Shown piece after piece: positions 32,637-41,521 of a stretch of 64,000 nt of DNA. The position numbers and the translations under genes were made by a program. The stretch is from positions 209,675 through 273,674 of the forward strand of contig JAKPOP010000010.1 of assembly GCA_029547805.1 (NCBI GenBank), read 5' to 3'. The notes under the pieces were generated by a model. The model made no database searches. It saw only the letters and a list, made by a program, of their open reading frames with translations, and had not been told where the DNA came from. Each line of letters begins with the position of its first letter. Positions within the stretch are counted from its first letter, which is position 1. This DNA is from Deltaproteobacteria bacterium (GTDB lineage: Bacteria; Myxococcota_A; UBA9042; DTJE01).

Positions 32637-33437
32637 TCAGGTCTGGACCAGCAGGACCGTGACGTTGTCCACGCCACCGGCCTCGAGGGCCCGCTGGATG
32701 AGTCGGTCGGCTCGCTGCTCCAGGTCCAGGGTCGAGTCGTTCAGGATGGTCCGGATCAGGCCGTCCTCCAGCATGTCGTTGAGGCCGTCGGAACAGAGCA
32801 GGTAGAGGTCGCCAGCCTGCACCTTCCGGCGGAACCAGTCCACCTCGGCCTTCTCCTTCAGCCCCAGGGCCTTCATGATCACGTTGCGGTGGGGAAAGGA
32901 CCGGGCATCCCCAGGTTCAATCATCTTCAGTCGCAGATACTCGTTCAGCAGCGAGTGATCCCGGGACAGCACCTCCAGCCGCCCCCTCCGGAGGCGATAG
33001 ATGCGACTGTCCCCCGAATAGACCACGAACAGGCCATCACCCTCGAAGAGGGCACCGACCACCGTGGTCCCCATGCCCCGGAAGGTCATCGAGGAGGCCG
33101 ACATCTCGAAGATCATCCGGTTCGCGTACTCCAGGGCGGCCAGCAGTTCCCGCTCCCGGTGGCGAATGCGCGCCCCCAGGGCACGCAGCGTCTCCGAGAC
33201 GAGGTCCCTGGCCCGAGGCCCGACGTTCCGACTGAACCAGTCCCGGACCGCGTCGGTGCACAGGCCCGCCGCCACGTCCCCCCGGCGATGGCCCCCCATG
33301 CCGTCGGCGACCAGGTAGATGCCCACCTCGGGCATGACAAGGTAGGCGTCCTCGTTTCGCTGGCGCACGCGGCCGACGTCGGTCTTCACCGCGAATCCCC
33401 GCACCGGAGACCCGACGCCCTTCGCTGACTGTTTCAT
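32637..33437 (-). CDS. PP2C-family (Stp1/PrpC) Ser/Thr protein phosphatase
   Basis: TDVGRVRQRNED, VADGMGGH, GMGTT, GDSR, LLCSDGL, GGVDNVT. Confidence 0.95.
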   Translation of the reverse strand: MKQSAKGVGSPVRGFAVKTDVGRVRQRNEDAYLVMPEVGIYLVADGMGGHRRGDVAAGLCTDAVRDWFSRNVGPRARDLVSETLRALGARIRHRERELLAALEYANRMIFEMSASSMTFRGMGTTVVGALFEGDGLFVVYSGDSRIYRLRRGRLEVLSRDHSLLNEYLRLKMIEPGDARSFPHRNVIMKALGLKEKAEVDWFRRKVQAGDLYLLCSDGLNDMLEDGLIRTILNDSTLDLEQRADRLIQRALEAGGVDNVTVLLVQT

Positions 33438-35173
33438 GGCGTCTTCTCCTGGGATGGCCAGGGCGGGGGAAGGATCGGAGGTCGCTCGGCGGCCTCCTGG
33501 GCCCGCTGGATCTCGATCTCCGCGAAGATCATGTCCGGAGCCACCGTGCTCACCGGTACCATTCCCGATTCGGCCCCGCAGTACCCGTTGAACACCCCGT
33601 ACCGGTCGGAGGTGGCCACGACCTTGTTGATGCTCGCCAGGGGAGTCCCCACGATCTCGAACCCCCGGACCAGCGTCTCCTCACCGGTCTCGGCATCGAC
33701 CCGCCAGGCGATCCGCGGCACACCCTTGAAGGCCTGGAAGCCGTATGAGGAGGTGTTCGTGGCGCCGCCAGCGATGGTCTGGACGACCAGGCCGAAGGGC
33801 TTTCCCTGACGCCGGACCTCTTCCAGCAGGAGTTCCTTCATCCGGGCGTGGGGCACCGGACTGGCTCCCCGAATCACCAGATTGGCCATGCGTCCCACCG
33901 GCGGCTGAAAGCCATCCGATCGCCCATGTCCGTTGGATCGGTCGAATCCCGGAAGAGGCCGACGGGACATCAGGAAGCCCCGCAGTACCCCCCGCTCCAC
34001 CAGCACCGCCGGCCGGGCATGGACCCCCTCGTCATCCACCCGATAGAAGCCGTTCAGCGACACCCCCCCCTCGGCCTTCAGCAACGGGTCGTCCACAATG
34101 TCCAAAAAGTCCGGCAGGATCCGCTGCCCCACCTGCCCCTTGAAAGTCCGTCCCTCCTCCTCCCCGGACTGGCGTTGTCCCTCCAGGCGATGGCCCACCG
34201 TCTCGTGGAAGAAGACACCGGTGGCCTCGGGATACATCCAGACTGGCACCGACGTCGGCTCCAGCACCGGGGCCGTCCGCAGCCTCCGGAGCCGGTCCAG
34301 CAGGGCCCGGGTCTGGGACTCCACTTCCTTCGGGTCCGGGAGCTCCGCGGTGCTTCGGCCGTACCATGTGGCGGTGTCCTGCAACAGCATGCCGTCCTCG
34401 GCCCGGGTCACTGCGACGACCATCACCTGCACGTAGTCGTCAATGGTCCGTACCCGAACGCCCTCGCTGTTGACCATCCAGCGGGTCAGCCGGGTCGCCG
34501 CGACCTCCACGGAGGAATCGAAGATCTCCGGGTAGCCGTTCGCAATGGCCCCCACCTCGCGCACGACCCCCTCCCAGCGCTTCCGGTCGAAGGACCAGGG
34601 CGGGGCCTCCTCCAGCAGCACCAGGGGCTCCTCCCGGGTCATGCTCCCGGCCTCTCGGGCCTTGGGGTCGTTGACCTCCCGGGCCTTCACCTGGAGGTAG
34701 GACATCAGGGCGGCCTTGTACCGGTAGTCCGTCAACAGCCAGAGCACGGTCCGGAGGGCCGGGATCGAGGGGTCGATGGGGGCGACGTTGTTCGGGGTCC
34801 ATTTCTGTCGCGGGTTGAAGAAGGCCTCGGTGTCCTCGCTGCTGTCCATGTCGTAGGACCCGACCCGCACGTCCACGCTGGCGTTTCGGACCCGGGTGGA
34901 CTGGGACTGGAAGACGGCCCCGGCCTTGCCGGCCACATAGTGCCGATCGAGGTCCCGGACCGTGTAGGACAGGAAATAGGGCGCGTCGTAGCCCTCCAGG
35001 CGCAACCGCTCCCGGCTCCGGTCCATCTCCTGAGTCATGGCCGACATGACCCAGTCGCCGGCCACCGGCCGCCCGGCGGCGGCGCCCCCCGGATCCACCA
35101 CGAGGGTCACCAGGACTCCCAGCACCCCGGCCGCCACATCTCCCCGTGTGATCGCACGTCGGCACACGGTCAT
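33434..35173 (-). CDS. TldD/PmbA-family metalloprotease, probably exported
   Basis: FHETVGHRLEG, DDEG, SNGHGR, RMANL, GYCGAESG.VPVS; N-terminal hydrophobic signal. Confidence 0.88.
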   Translation of the reverse strand: MTVCRRAITRGDVAAGVLGVLVTLVVDPGGAAAGRPVAGDWVMSAMTQEMDRSRERLRLEGYDAPYFLSYTVRDLDRHYVAGKAGAVFQSQSTRVRNASVDVRVGSYDMDSSEDTEAFFNPRQKWTPNNVAPIDPSIPALRTVLWLLTDYRYKAALMSYLQVKAREVNDPKAREAGSMTREEPLVLLEEAPPWSFDRKRWEGVVREVGAIANGYPEIFDSSVEVAATRLTRWMVNSEGVRVRTIDDYVQVMVVAVTRAEDGMLLQDTATWYGRSTAELPDPKEVESQTRALLDRLRRLRTAPVLEPTSVPVWMYPEATGVFFHETVGHRLEGQRQSGEEEGRTFKGQVGQRILPDFLDIVDDPLLKAEGGVSLNGFYRVDDEGVHARPAVLVERGVLRGFLMSRRPLPGFDRSNGHGRSDGFQPPVGRMANLVIRGASPVPHARMKELLLEEVRRQGKPFGLVVQTIAGGATNTSSYGFQAFKGVPRIAWRVDAETGEETLVRGFEIVGTPLASINKVVATSDRYGVFNGYCGAESGMVPVSTVAPDMIFAEIEIQRAQEAAERPPILPPPWPSQEKTP

Positions 35174-35580
35174 TCCCTTTCGGGCGCGGTTCGCAACAGG
35201 TCCCGCAACGCGCCCTCGTCCGCCGGAGGAAACGGAAACTCCTCCATCTCCTCCAGGGTCACCCAGCGCAGGTCATGGACCTGCCGAGGCACCAGCCGGT
35301 CCTCCAGCAGATGGCAACGATAGACCCGGAAGTCCAGTTCGAACTCCGGGTAGGAATGCAGGCTCCGCCCCAGGAGAGGCCCGACCTCGACCCGGGCCTC
35401 CAGTTCCTCCAGCAGTTCCCGCCGAAGGGCCTCTCCGTCCTCCTCGCCGGGCTCCACCTTGCCGCCAGGGAATTCCCAGTGCAGGCCATAGGCCGCATGG
35501 GGTCTCCGCTGAGTGATCAGATATCGCCCGTCCCGCTCGATGACCGCTGCGACCACCCGGACCCGTCTTGGAGTGCCCAC
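35170..35580 (-). CDS. NUDIX hydrolase, MutT/NudG-like (d)NTP pyrophosphohydrolase
   Basis: WEFPGGKVEPGE...ALRRELLEEL Nudix box, FPPAD; GTG start inferred. Confidence 0.9.
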   Translation of the reverse strand: MGTPRRVRVVAAVIERDGRYLITQRRPHAAYGLHWEFPGGKVEPGEEDGEALRRELLEELEARVEVGPLLGRSLHSYPEFELDFRVYRCHLLEDRLVPRQVHDLRWVTLEEMEEFPFPPADEGALRDLLRTAPERE

Positions 35581-35660
35581 CGTTCCGTCCTCGTTCCAAC
35601 CGCCGGGCCCGGGGGTTCCCTTCCGGTTCCCTGATGGCGGGACCCGGACGAAACCCGGGA

Positions 35661-36260
35661 TCAGTGATCCACCATCGGGTTGAAGTCCCTGGTCAGGTCC
35701 TCCACCGCCTGCCAGACATGGGAGACGTCGTTGGACAGCAGATGCAGGTCCCGAAGCCTCCCGGAGATGTCCTTGACGTGGCGACGCAGCACCGCCTCCT
35801 CCTCGAAGCCCATGCGCTGCATCCCTTCCAGCAGCGGCCTCCTGCCGTCGGGAATCGACACGAAGACCTTCTCGATCCCGGCAGACGGCGCCGAATGGAT
35901 CAGGAACCGGGTCATGATCTTCGCGAGCCCCATCCGCTGGAAGGGACGGGCGATCACCAGCCGGATCTCGGCCACGTGGGCGGTCCACCCGTAGCGGCTC
36001 CGCTCCAGCGTGGCCGAGGCGACGATCTCGCCGCCGCTCTCGCCCACCAGGGACAGGATCATCCGCTCCGTGTCCCGGACCAGTCGATGGGCCACCTCCG
36101 GACGGGTGACGTCGTTCCGCAGGAACAGGCGGTCCGCCTTCGGAAGTCCCCGGAAGAACCGCAGCAGGCCCGCCTCGTCGGAGAGGAGCGTCTCCCGGAT
36201 CACCACCACCCGCCCGTCGGGCAGATGCACCTCGCAGGGCAACTTGTCTGGATGCTCCAC
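35661..36260 (-). CDS. GNAT-family N-acetyltransferase
   Basis: FQRMGLA acetyl-CoA motif, MGFEEEAVL; GGAGGAGG RBS. Confidence 0.85.
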   Translation of the reverse strand: MEHPDKLPCEVHLPDGRVVVIRETLLSDEAGLLRFFRGLPKADRLFLRNDVTRPEVAHRLVRDTERMILSLVGESGGEIVASATLERSRYGWTAHVAEIRLVIARPFQRMGLAKIMTRFLIHSAPSAGIEKVFVSIPDGRRPLLEGMQRMGFEEEAVLRRHVKDISGRLRDLHLLSNDVSHVWQAVEDLTRDFNPMVDH

Positions 36261-36293
36261 GGCGCCTCCTCCATCGACCCGACCTGAGGCATT

Positions 36294-36887
36294 CTATCCC
36301 AAACGCGGCGCGGAGGCTGCAGGGTCCCTGGCGACCGTTCGCTCCCGGGCCTCGAGGCCATGTTCCAGCCCCTTCTGGAAGGCCGCCCGGTTCAGGGCCT
36401 CGGTCCCCTTGGGGACCAGCGCCAGGAGGGCCTGCTCCGCGGCCTCCCGGGACACAATCCCCGTGACGCCGACGAAGAAGCCCACCATCACGATGTTCAG
36501 CACGAGCCGCCGGCCCAGTTCCTCGGCGAACCGGGTCGCCGGAACCCCGTAGCAACGCACGCCATCGGGCAGGCCCGGGCCCGGCGTCACCAGGTCCTCC
36601 TCGTAGATCAGGATGCCGCCGGGCTTCAACTGGGAGGCGAAGATCTGGTAGGCGTCGGGCGACATCACGACCAGGATGTCCGGCTGGCGGACGTAGGGGT
36701 AGTCCACCGGGTCGTCGTCGATGGTCACCTGGGCGCTGCACGCGCTCCCTCGGGCCTCGGGGCCGAAGGCCTGGATCAGCGTCGCATGACGACCGTCGTG
36801 GATGCTGGCGGCCCGTCCCAGCAGGATCCCCGAGAGGATCACCCCCTGTCCCCCCAGGCCCCCGATCCGAATCTCAACCCTCGACAT
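36294..36887 (-). CDS. korC: 2-oxoacid:ferredoxin oxidoreductase gamma subunit
   Basis: GLGGQGVIL, FGPEARGSAC, NIVMVG. Confidence 0.9.
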   Translation of the reverse strand: MSRVEIRIGGLGGQGVILSGILLGRAASIHDGRHATLIQAFGPEARGSACSAQVTIDDDPVDYPYVRQPDILVVMSPDAYQIFASQLKPGGILIYEEDLVTPGPGLPDGVRCYGVPATRFAEELGRRLVLNIVMVGFFVGVTGIVSREAAEQALLALVPKGTEALNRAAFQKGLEHGLEARERTVARDPAASAPRLG

Positions 36888-37782
36888 GGCTTCCCCCCCC
36901 GACGGGACGGTAGCGGTCCCCGAATACCTTCTGGTAGTAGGCGTCCATGGCCTCGAGCCACGTCGGTCGGGGCCTGTCCACGAAGGTGCCCACGACGATC
37001 TCTCCCTCCATCCCCAGTCCGATGGTCCGGGTGTCCGCCCCGTCGCGGATCACCGACCGCTCCTTGTAGACCCGGACCCCATCCACCCCGTCCCCCAGGC
37101 GGTTGCGCCGCAGAAAGAGCGTGGGACAGGGGGCCAGGATCTCGATGAAGCGGAAGCCCTTGCGGCGGAAGGCCTCCTTGAAGGTCCGGGCCAGTTGCCG
37201 CACGTGGTAGACGGTCCAGCGGGCGACGAAGACCGCTCCGGCCGCCTCGGCGATGTAGGGGAGGCTCATCGGGGCCTCGAAGTTGCCGAAGGGCGCCGTG
37301 GTCTGGGAGGCTCCCTCGGGAGTGGTCGGCGCCAGTTGCCCTCCGGTCATTCCGTAGGTGAAGTTGTTCACGCAGACGACCATCAGGTCCTGGTTGCGTC
37401 GGGCGGCGTGCAGGAAGTGGTTCCCCCCGATGGCGAAGAGGTCGCCGTCGCCGGAATAGACCACCACTTCCAGTTCCGGGCGGGCGAGCTTGAGGCCCGT
37501 GGCGAAGGGGATGGCCCTCCCGTGGGTCGTGTGGAAGGAGTCGAGGTTCAGGTAGCCCGCCACCCGCCCGGTGCAGCCGATGCCGCTCACGATGGCGAGG
37601 CGGTCCAGGCCCACCCCGGCGTCGGTCAGGGCCCGGGTGAAGCAGTTCACCGTGGTGCCGATGCCACAGCCGGGGCACCAGATGTGTGGCATCCGCTCCT
37701 GGCGCAGGAAGGACATCACCGGGTTGTCCAGCGGAGGCTGGATGGCCAGGTTCGGGTCTTCGAGGGGCGTCGTCTCGCTCAT
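36874..37782 (-). CDS. korB: 2-oxoacid:ferredoxin oxidoreductase beta subunit (TPP-binding)
   Basis: WCPGCG, SGIGC, HGRAIPFATG, GDGD..AIGGNH, YGMTGGQ. Confidence 0.93.
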   Translation of the reverse strand: MSETTPLEDPNLAIQPPLDNPVMSFLRQERMPHIWCPGCGIGTTVNCFTRALTDAGVGLDRLAIVSGIGCTGRVAGYLNLDSFHTTHGRAIPFATGLKLARPELEVVVYSGDGDLFAIGGNHFLHAARRNQDLMVVCVNNFTYGMTGGQLAPTTPEGASQTTAPFGNFEAPMSLPYIAEAAGAVFVARWTVYHVRQLARTFKEAFRRKGFRFIEILAPCPTLFLRRNRLGDGVDGVRVYKERSVIRDGADTRTIGLGMEGEIVVGTFVDRPRPTWLEAMDAYYQKVFGDRYRPVGGGSHVEG

Positions 37783-38936
37783 CGGGCTGCCTCCAGGATG
37801 CGTTGCAGGATCGCGTCGGGGTCATGAACCGTCCCGCCGGCATGATCCACCGGCAGCACCGGGACGCCGGCCGGGATCGATCGCTCGACCTCCTGGACCA
37901 TCTGTCCCAGGTTCAGTTCGGGCACCACGACTCCCCGGACTCCCGAGGCCAGCGCCCGGATCCGGTCCCGGGGGAAGGGCCAGGCAATGACGAGGCGGGC
38001 ATGGCCGACCCGGATGCCCTTCTCCCGGGCGCTCCGGACGGCCGCCGAGGCCACCCGGGAGGTGATGCCGTAGGACACCACGAGCACCTCGGCCCCCTCG
38101 CACTGGTCCTCCCGGACGTCCACGAGGGCCTCCCCGGCCTTCCGGATCTTGTCGTTGAGCCGTCGGATCAGGCGGTCCTGGTGCTGGGGATTCATGGCCG
38201 GGTAGCCCCGCTCGTCGTGGGTGAGGCCCGTGATGTGGATCCGATAGCCGTCCCCGGCCCGGACCATCTCCGGGACACCGTCGGGGGTCGGCTCGTAGGG
38301 CCGGTACTGCCCCGGGGCCTTCGAAGTCCAGCGCCGCTCCACCACCTCGATGGCCGAGGCCTCCGGGATCACCACCTTCTCGGTCATGTGGCCGACCACC
38401 TCGTCCATCATCACAAAGACGGGGGCCCTCCAGGTCTCTGCCAGATTGAAGGCCCGGATGGTCAGGTCGAAGCACTCCTGGGGCGAGGAGGGGCAGAGGG
38501 CGATCACCTGGTAGTCGCCGTGGGACCCCCATTTCACCTGCATCATGTCCGCCTGGGCCGGCAGGGTCGGCAGCCCCGTGGAGGGCCCGCCCCGCTGGAC
38601 GTCGATGAAGACGCAGGGCGTCTCGGTGATCGCCGCGAAGCCCAGGTGCTCCATCATCAGCGACAGGCCCGGACCGGAGGTCACCGTCATCACCTTCTGC
38701 CCGCCCCAGGCGGCGCCCAGGATGGCAATGGAGGCCGCCAGTTCATCCTCCATCTGGATGAAGACGCCACCGACCAGGGGAATGCGACCGGCGAAGCGCT
38801 CCACCACCTCGGTCGAGGGGGTGATGGGGTAGCCGGCGACGAACCGGCAGCCCGCCGCCAGGGCTCCCTCGCAGGCCGCATGGTCCCCGTCCAGGAAATG
38901 CACGCCCGTCAGCACGCCTCGCGGATCCGCCGTCAT
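37779..38936 (-). CDS. korA: 2-oxoacid:ferredoxin oxidoreductase alpha subunit
   Basis: GYPITPSTE, QMEDE, TSGPG, QRGGPSTGLPT, WGSHGD, ELNLGQ. Substrate not determinable. Confidence 0.93.
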   Translation of the reverse strand: MTADPRGVLTGVHFLDGDHAACEGALAAGCRFVAGYPITPSTEVVERFAGRIPLVGGVFIQMEDELAASIAILGAAWGGQKVMTVTSGPGLSLMMEHLGFAAITETPCVFIDVQRGGPSTGLPTLPAQADMMQVKWGSHGDYQVIALCPSSPQECFDLTIRAFNLAETWRAPVFVMMDEVVGHMTEKVVIPEASAIEVVERRWTSKAPGQYRPYEPTPDGVPEMVRAGDGYRIHITGLTHDERGYPAMNPQHQDRLIRRLNDKIRKAGEALVDVREDQCEGAEVLVVSYGITSRVASAAVRSAREKGIRVGHARLVIAWPFPRDRIRALASGVRGVVVPELNLGQMVQEVERSIPAGVPVLPVDHAGGTVHDPDAILQRILEAAR

Positions 38937-39235
38937 TTCGGGGTCCCTCCCTCGTTCTGGGTCCTGGCCATGAGCCGCTCCCGCATCGCCTCGATCTCCT
39001 GGAAACGCATCCCGAAGATCGCGAAGTCGGGGCAATAGAGGCCGCAGAGGCCGCACCCGGTGCAGTCCTCGGGCCGGGCCAGCGTCGGGTAGTGGTAGCC
39101 CTTCGCGTTGAAGTTCGGGCTGAATTCCAGGCAGTCGGTCGGACAGAACTCGATGCAGTAATCGCACCCCTTGCAGAGTTCCGGACGAACGAAGACCGTG
39201 CCCCTGGCCTTGCGAGATGTCCCGTTGCCAGCCAT
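38933..39235 (-). CDS. korD: 2x[4Fe-4S] ferredoxin-like delta subunit
   Basis: CKGCDYCIEFCP and CTGCGLCGLYCPDFAI. Confidence 0.92.
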   Translation of the reverse strand: MAGNGTSRKARGTVFVRPELCKGCDYCIEFCPTDCLEFSPNFNAKGYHYPTLARPEDCTGCGLCGLYCPDFAIFGMRFQEIEAMRERLMARTQNEGGTPK

Positions 39236-39429
39236 GCGTTTGCCCTCCCAAGACGCCCCGCCCAAGGGACGAGGTCTGGCCTGTCCTAAACCCGCCCCCA
39301 CGGCCTGTCAAGCGTCCGATCCGCGACCGGAATCGAGGAAGGCCCCACCCCCGCTTGCCGATCCCGTGGGCGCGCCCCATTGTATCGGAGATTTTTTGTC
39401 CTGGTTCCTTTTTCCTCCGAGGAGGTCCC

Positions 39430-39693
39430 ATGAAACTCCGGTTCCTTCAGAGAGTCCCCGTTTCGGTACGCCTGGCGATGGCTGCGCTGCTGGGCGTCCT
39501 GGGGGGCCTGGCATGGTATCGCTTCGTGGGATGCCGCAGCGGGGGCTGTCCACTGACATCGAATCCCTGGCTGATGGCCTTGTTCGGCGCGGCGATGGGC
39601 CTGTCGCTGGGGTGGCCCGACGGCGGGATCCGATCCGGCCGGGGCCCCAAGGACCCCGGTCAGGAGGCCTCCGAAGACCGCAATGTGGTATGA
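39430..39693 (+). CDS. Small membrane protein with C-x4-C motif (DUF6132-like)
   Basis: GGLAWYRFVGCRSGGCPLTSNPW; GGAGG RBS. Confidence 0.8.
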   Translation: MKLRFLQRVPVSVRLAMAALLGVLGGLAWYRFVGCRSGGCPLTSNPWLMALFGAAMGLSLGWPDGGIRSGRGPKDPGQEASEDRNVV

Positions 39694-39720
39694 TGCCGGC
39701 CGGATCGGGAGGTCCAGGCC

Positions 39721-40485
39721 ATGGGATTTCTGAGCAGACTGTTCGGCGGGGGAGGTCAGGGAAGCGGAGGAACGGGCGACGGGCAGCCCGGGGGACTCCC
39801 GCCAGCCATCGCCCGCCTGGTCAAGAAGGTCGAGAACAAGTACGGACAGCCCGAGGACCGCCGGGCGGCCATCAAGCAACTGGCCGAGATGGGGACCACC
39901 GACGCGGTGCGGGGCCTGCTCCGGCGCTTCACCTTCCGCATCGAGCAGACCATCGGGGACGAGGAGGAGAAGCAGATGGTCTTCGAGGAGGTGGTGCGCC
40001 TGGGCCCCACCTCGGTCCCGGCCCTGCTGGAGTTCCTGGAGAAGGAGAACTCCCCCTTCTGGCCCACCCGGGCCCTGCGGGAGATCGTGGGAGACCAGCA
40101 GGCGGTCACCCACCTGCTGGACATCATCGACCGCACCGAGGCCATCTTCGACCGCGACATCGAGCGGAAGGTGGAACTGGTCTCGAACCTCCGAGAATTC
40201 CAGGACGAACGGGTCAAGGAGCGGCTCCTGGGACTGCTCCAGGACGAGAACGAGGAACTCCGGGTGCACGCCCTGGAGGGGCTCGCGGAGCGAGACGCCG
40301 AGGAGATGACCGACGTGCTGGTGGAGCGCCTGCTGGACGAGAACGAGACCCAGCGGGTGAAGACCACCGTGCTGAACCTCCTGATCGACCGCAAGTGGAA
40401 GGTCAAGCGGCACAAGGAGGCCATCCGGAAGGTCATCCCCCAGACCTTCTGGATCGATGACGTCGGGGTCATCCACCGGCGGTGA
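39721..40485 (+). CDS. HEAT-repeat protein
   Basis: MGFLSRLFG amphipathic start; HEAT-like LLQDENEELRVHALEGL. Confidence 0.82.
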   Translation: MGFLSRLFGGGGQGSGGTGDGQPGGLPPAIARLVKKVENKYGQPEDRRAAIKQLAEMGTTDAVRGLLRRFTFRIEQTIGDEEEKQMVFEEVVRLGPTSVPALLEFLEKENSPFWPTRALREIVGDQQAVTHLLDIIDRTEAIFDRDIERKVELVSNLREFQDERVKERLLGLLQDENEELRVHALEGLAERDAEEMTDVLVERLLDENETQRVKTTVLNLLIDRKWKVKRHKEAIRKVIPQTFWIDDVGVIHRR

Positions 40486-40513
40486 CCCGGAACCCGCGAC
40501 CAGGAGGACCCCC

Positions 40514-41521
40514 GTGGCCAGCACGACCGCGGAGCAGTGGAATCGGGTCCGTTTCCTGGACCCGGGCCCCATCGTCGAGTCCCTCTTCCTGAAACTGCAC
40601 CTCCCAGGGGAAGGGGCCTTCTGGGCCCGCTACACCCTGCGCCGGGGTCCCGACGGGGATCACGGAGGCCTGTGGGGCGTCTTCAGCGGGCCCGACGGGA
40701 TGGCCGCCGCCTGCCACCTCTACCCCAGGGACCAGGTGGACATCGCCCGGGACCGCTTCTTCCTGCGGATCGGCCCCGGCGAGCTGTCGATGGGCCGGGC
40801 GGTGGGCACGGTCACTGGCCTGAAGTCCCGGGAGGGGTCCCCCCTGGCGGGGGACCTGGCCTGGGACCTGGCCTTCTCGTCGGGCCCCCACTGGACCGCC
40901 CTGCCGTTCGACTGGCTCCAGCGAGGCCCCTTTCCCCGGAACAAGGTCCTGTCCCCCCTGGCCTTCACCCGCTTCTCGGGGGTGATCCGGATCGGGTCCC
41001 GAGAAATCCGCGTGCGCCAGGCCCCGGGGATGCAGGGCCACAACTGGGGAGCCGCCGTGGCTCCCCGGTGGGCCTGGGGACATGTGGCGGGCTTCGAGGA
41101 GGACCCGGAGGCGGTGCTGGAGGTGGTCCACGGGGGCATCCCGGCGGGGCCCTGGCAGGTGCCGGTGACCGCGGCGCTGGTCCGCATGGGCGGGCGGGAA
41201 TGGCGCCTGAACGGCCCCCTGGCGATGGCCCGGGCCCGGTCCCGGGTGGACGGCCTGCGCTGGGTCCTCGAGGCCCGGGGAGGGGGTCTGGTCCTCCGAG
41301 GCGCCCTGGAGGCGCCCCTGGACCGGACCCTTGGACTGGACTACCGGTCGTCGGACGGCCGCATCATCCGGGTGGTGAACAGCAATCAGGCCACGGCCCG
41401 CCTCGAGGTCGAGGGACCGGAGGGCGTCGGGAGGCGGCGCCTGCACGCCTCAGGGACCGCCACGCTGGAACTGGGTGGGGACCTGGCCCCCCGAGACCTG
41501 CCGGGAGTCGTGCTGGGCTGA
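40514..41521 (+). CDS. Hypothetical protein, tocopherol cyclase/AttH-like fold
   Basis: GMQGHNWG and WAWGH motifs; GTG after AGGAGG. Confidence 0.65.
   Translation: MASTTAEQWNRVRFLDPGPIVESLFLKLHLPGEGAFWARYTLRRGPDGDHGGLWGVFSGPDGMAAACHLYPRDQVDIARDRFFLRIGPGELSMGRAVGTVTGLKSREGSPLAGDLAWDLAFSSGPHWTALPFDWLQRGPFPRNKVLSPLAFTRFSGVIRIGSREIRVRQAPGMQGHNWGAAVAPRWAWGHVAGFEEDPEAVLEVVHGGIPAGPWQVPVTAALVRMGGREWRLNGPLAMARARSRVDGLRWVLEARGGGLVLRGALEAPLDRTLGLDYRSSDGRIIRVVNSNQATARLEVEGPEGVGRRRLHASGTATLELGGDLAPRDLPGVVLG

Noticed and set aside
29920-35173. RiPP cluster (RRE-like protein plus TldD)
   Set aside because: The genes are in convergent, separate units, and there is no precursor peptide, YcaO, radical SAM enzyme or transporter.
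41450-41521. 72-bp convergent overlap between dacB and the cyclase-like gene
   Set aside because: The dacB tail beyond the conserved domain looks like stop-codon drift, which is common in GC-rich genomes.
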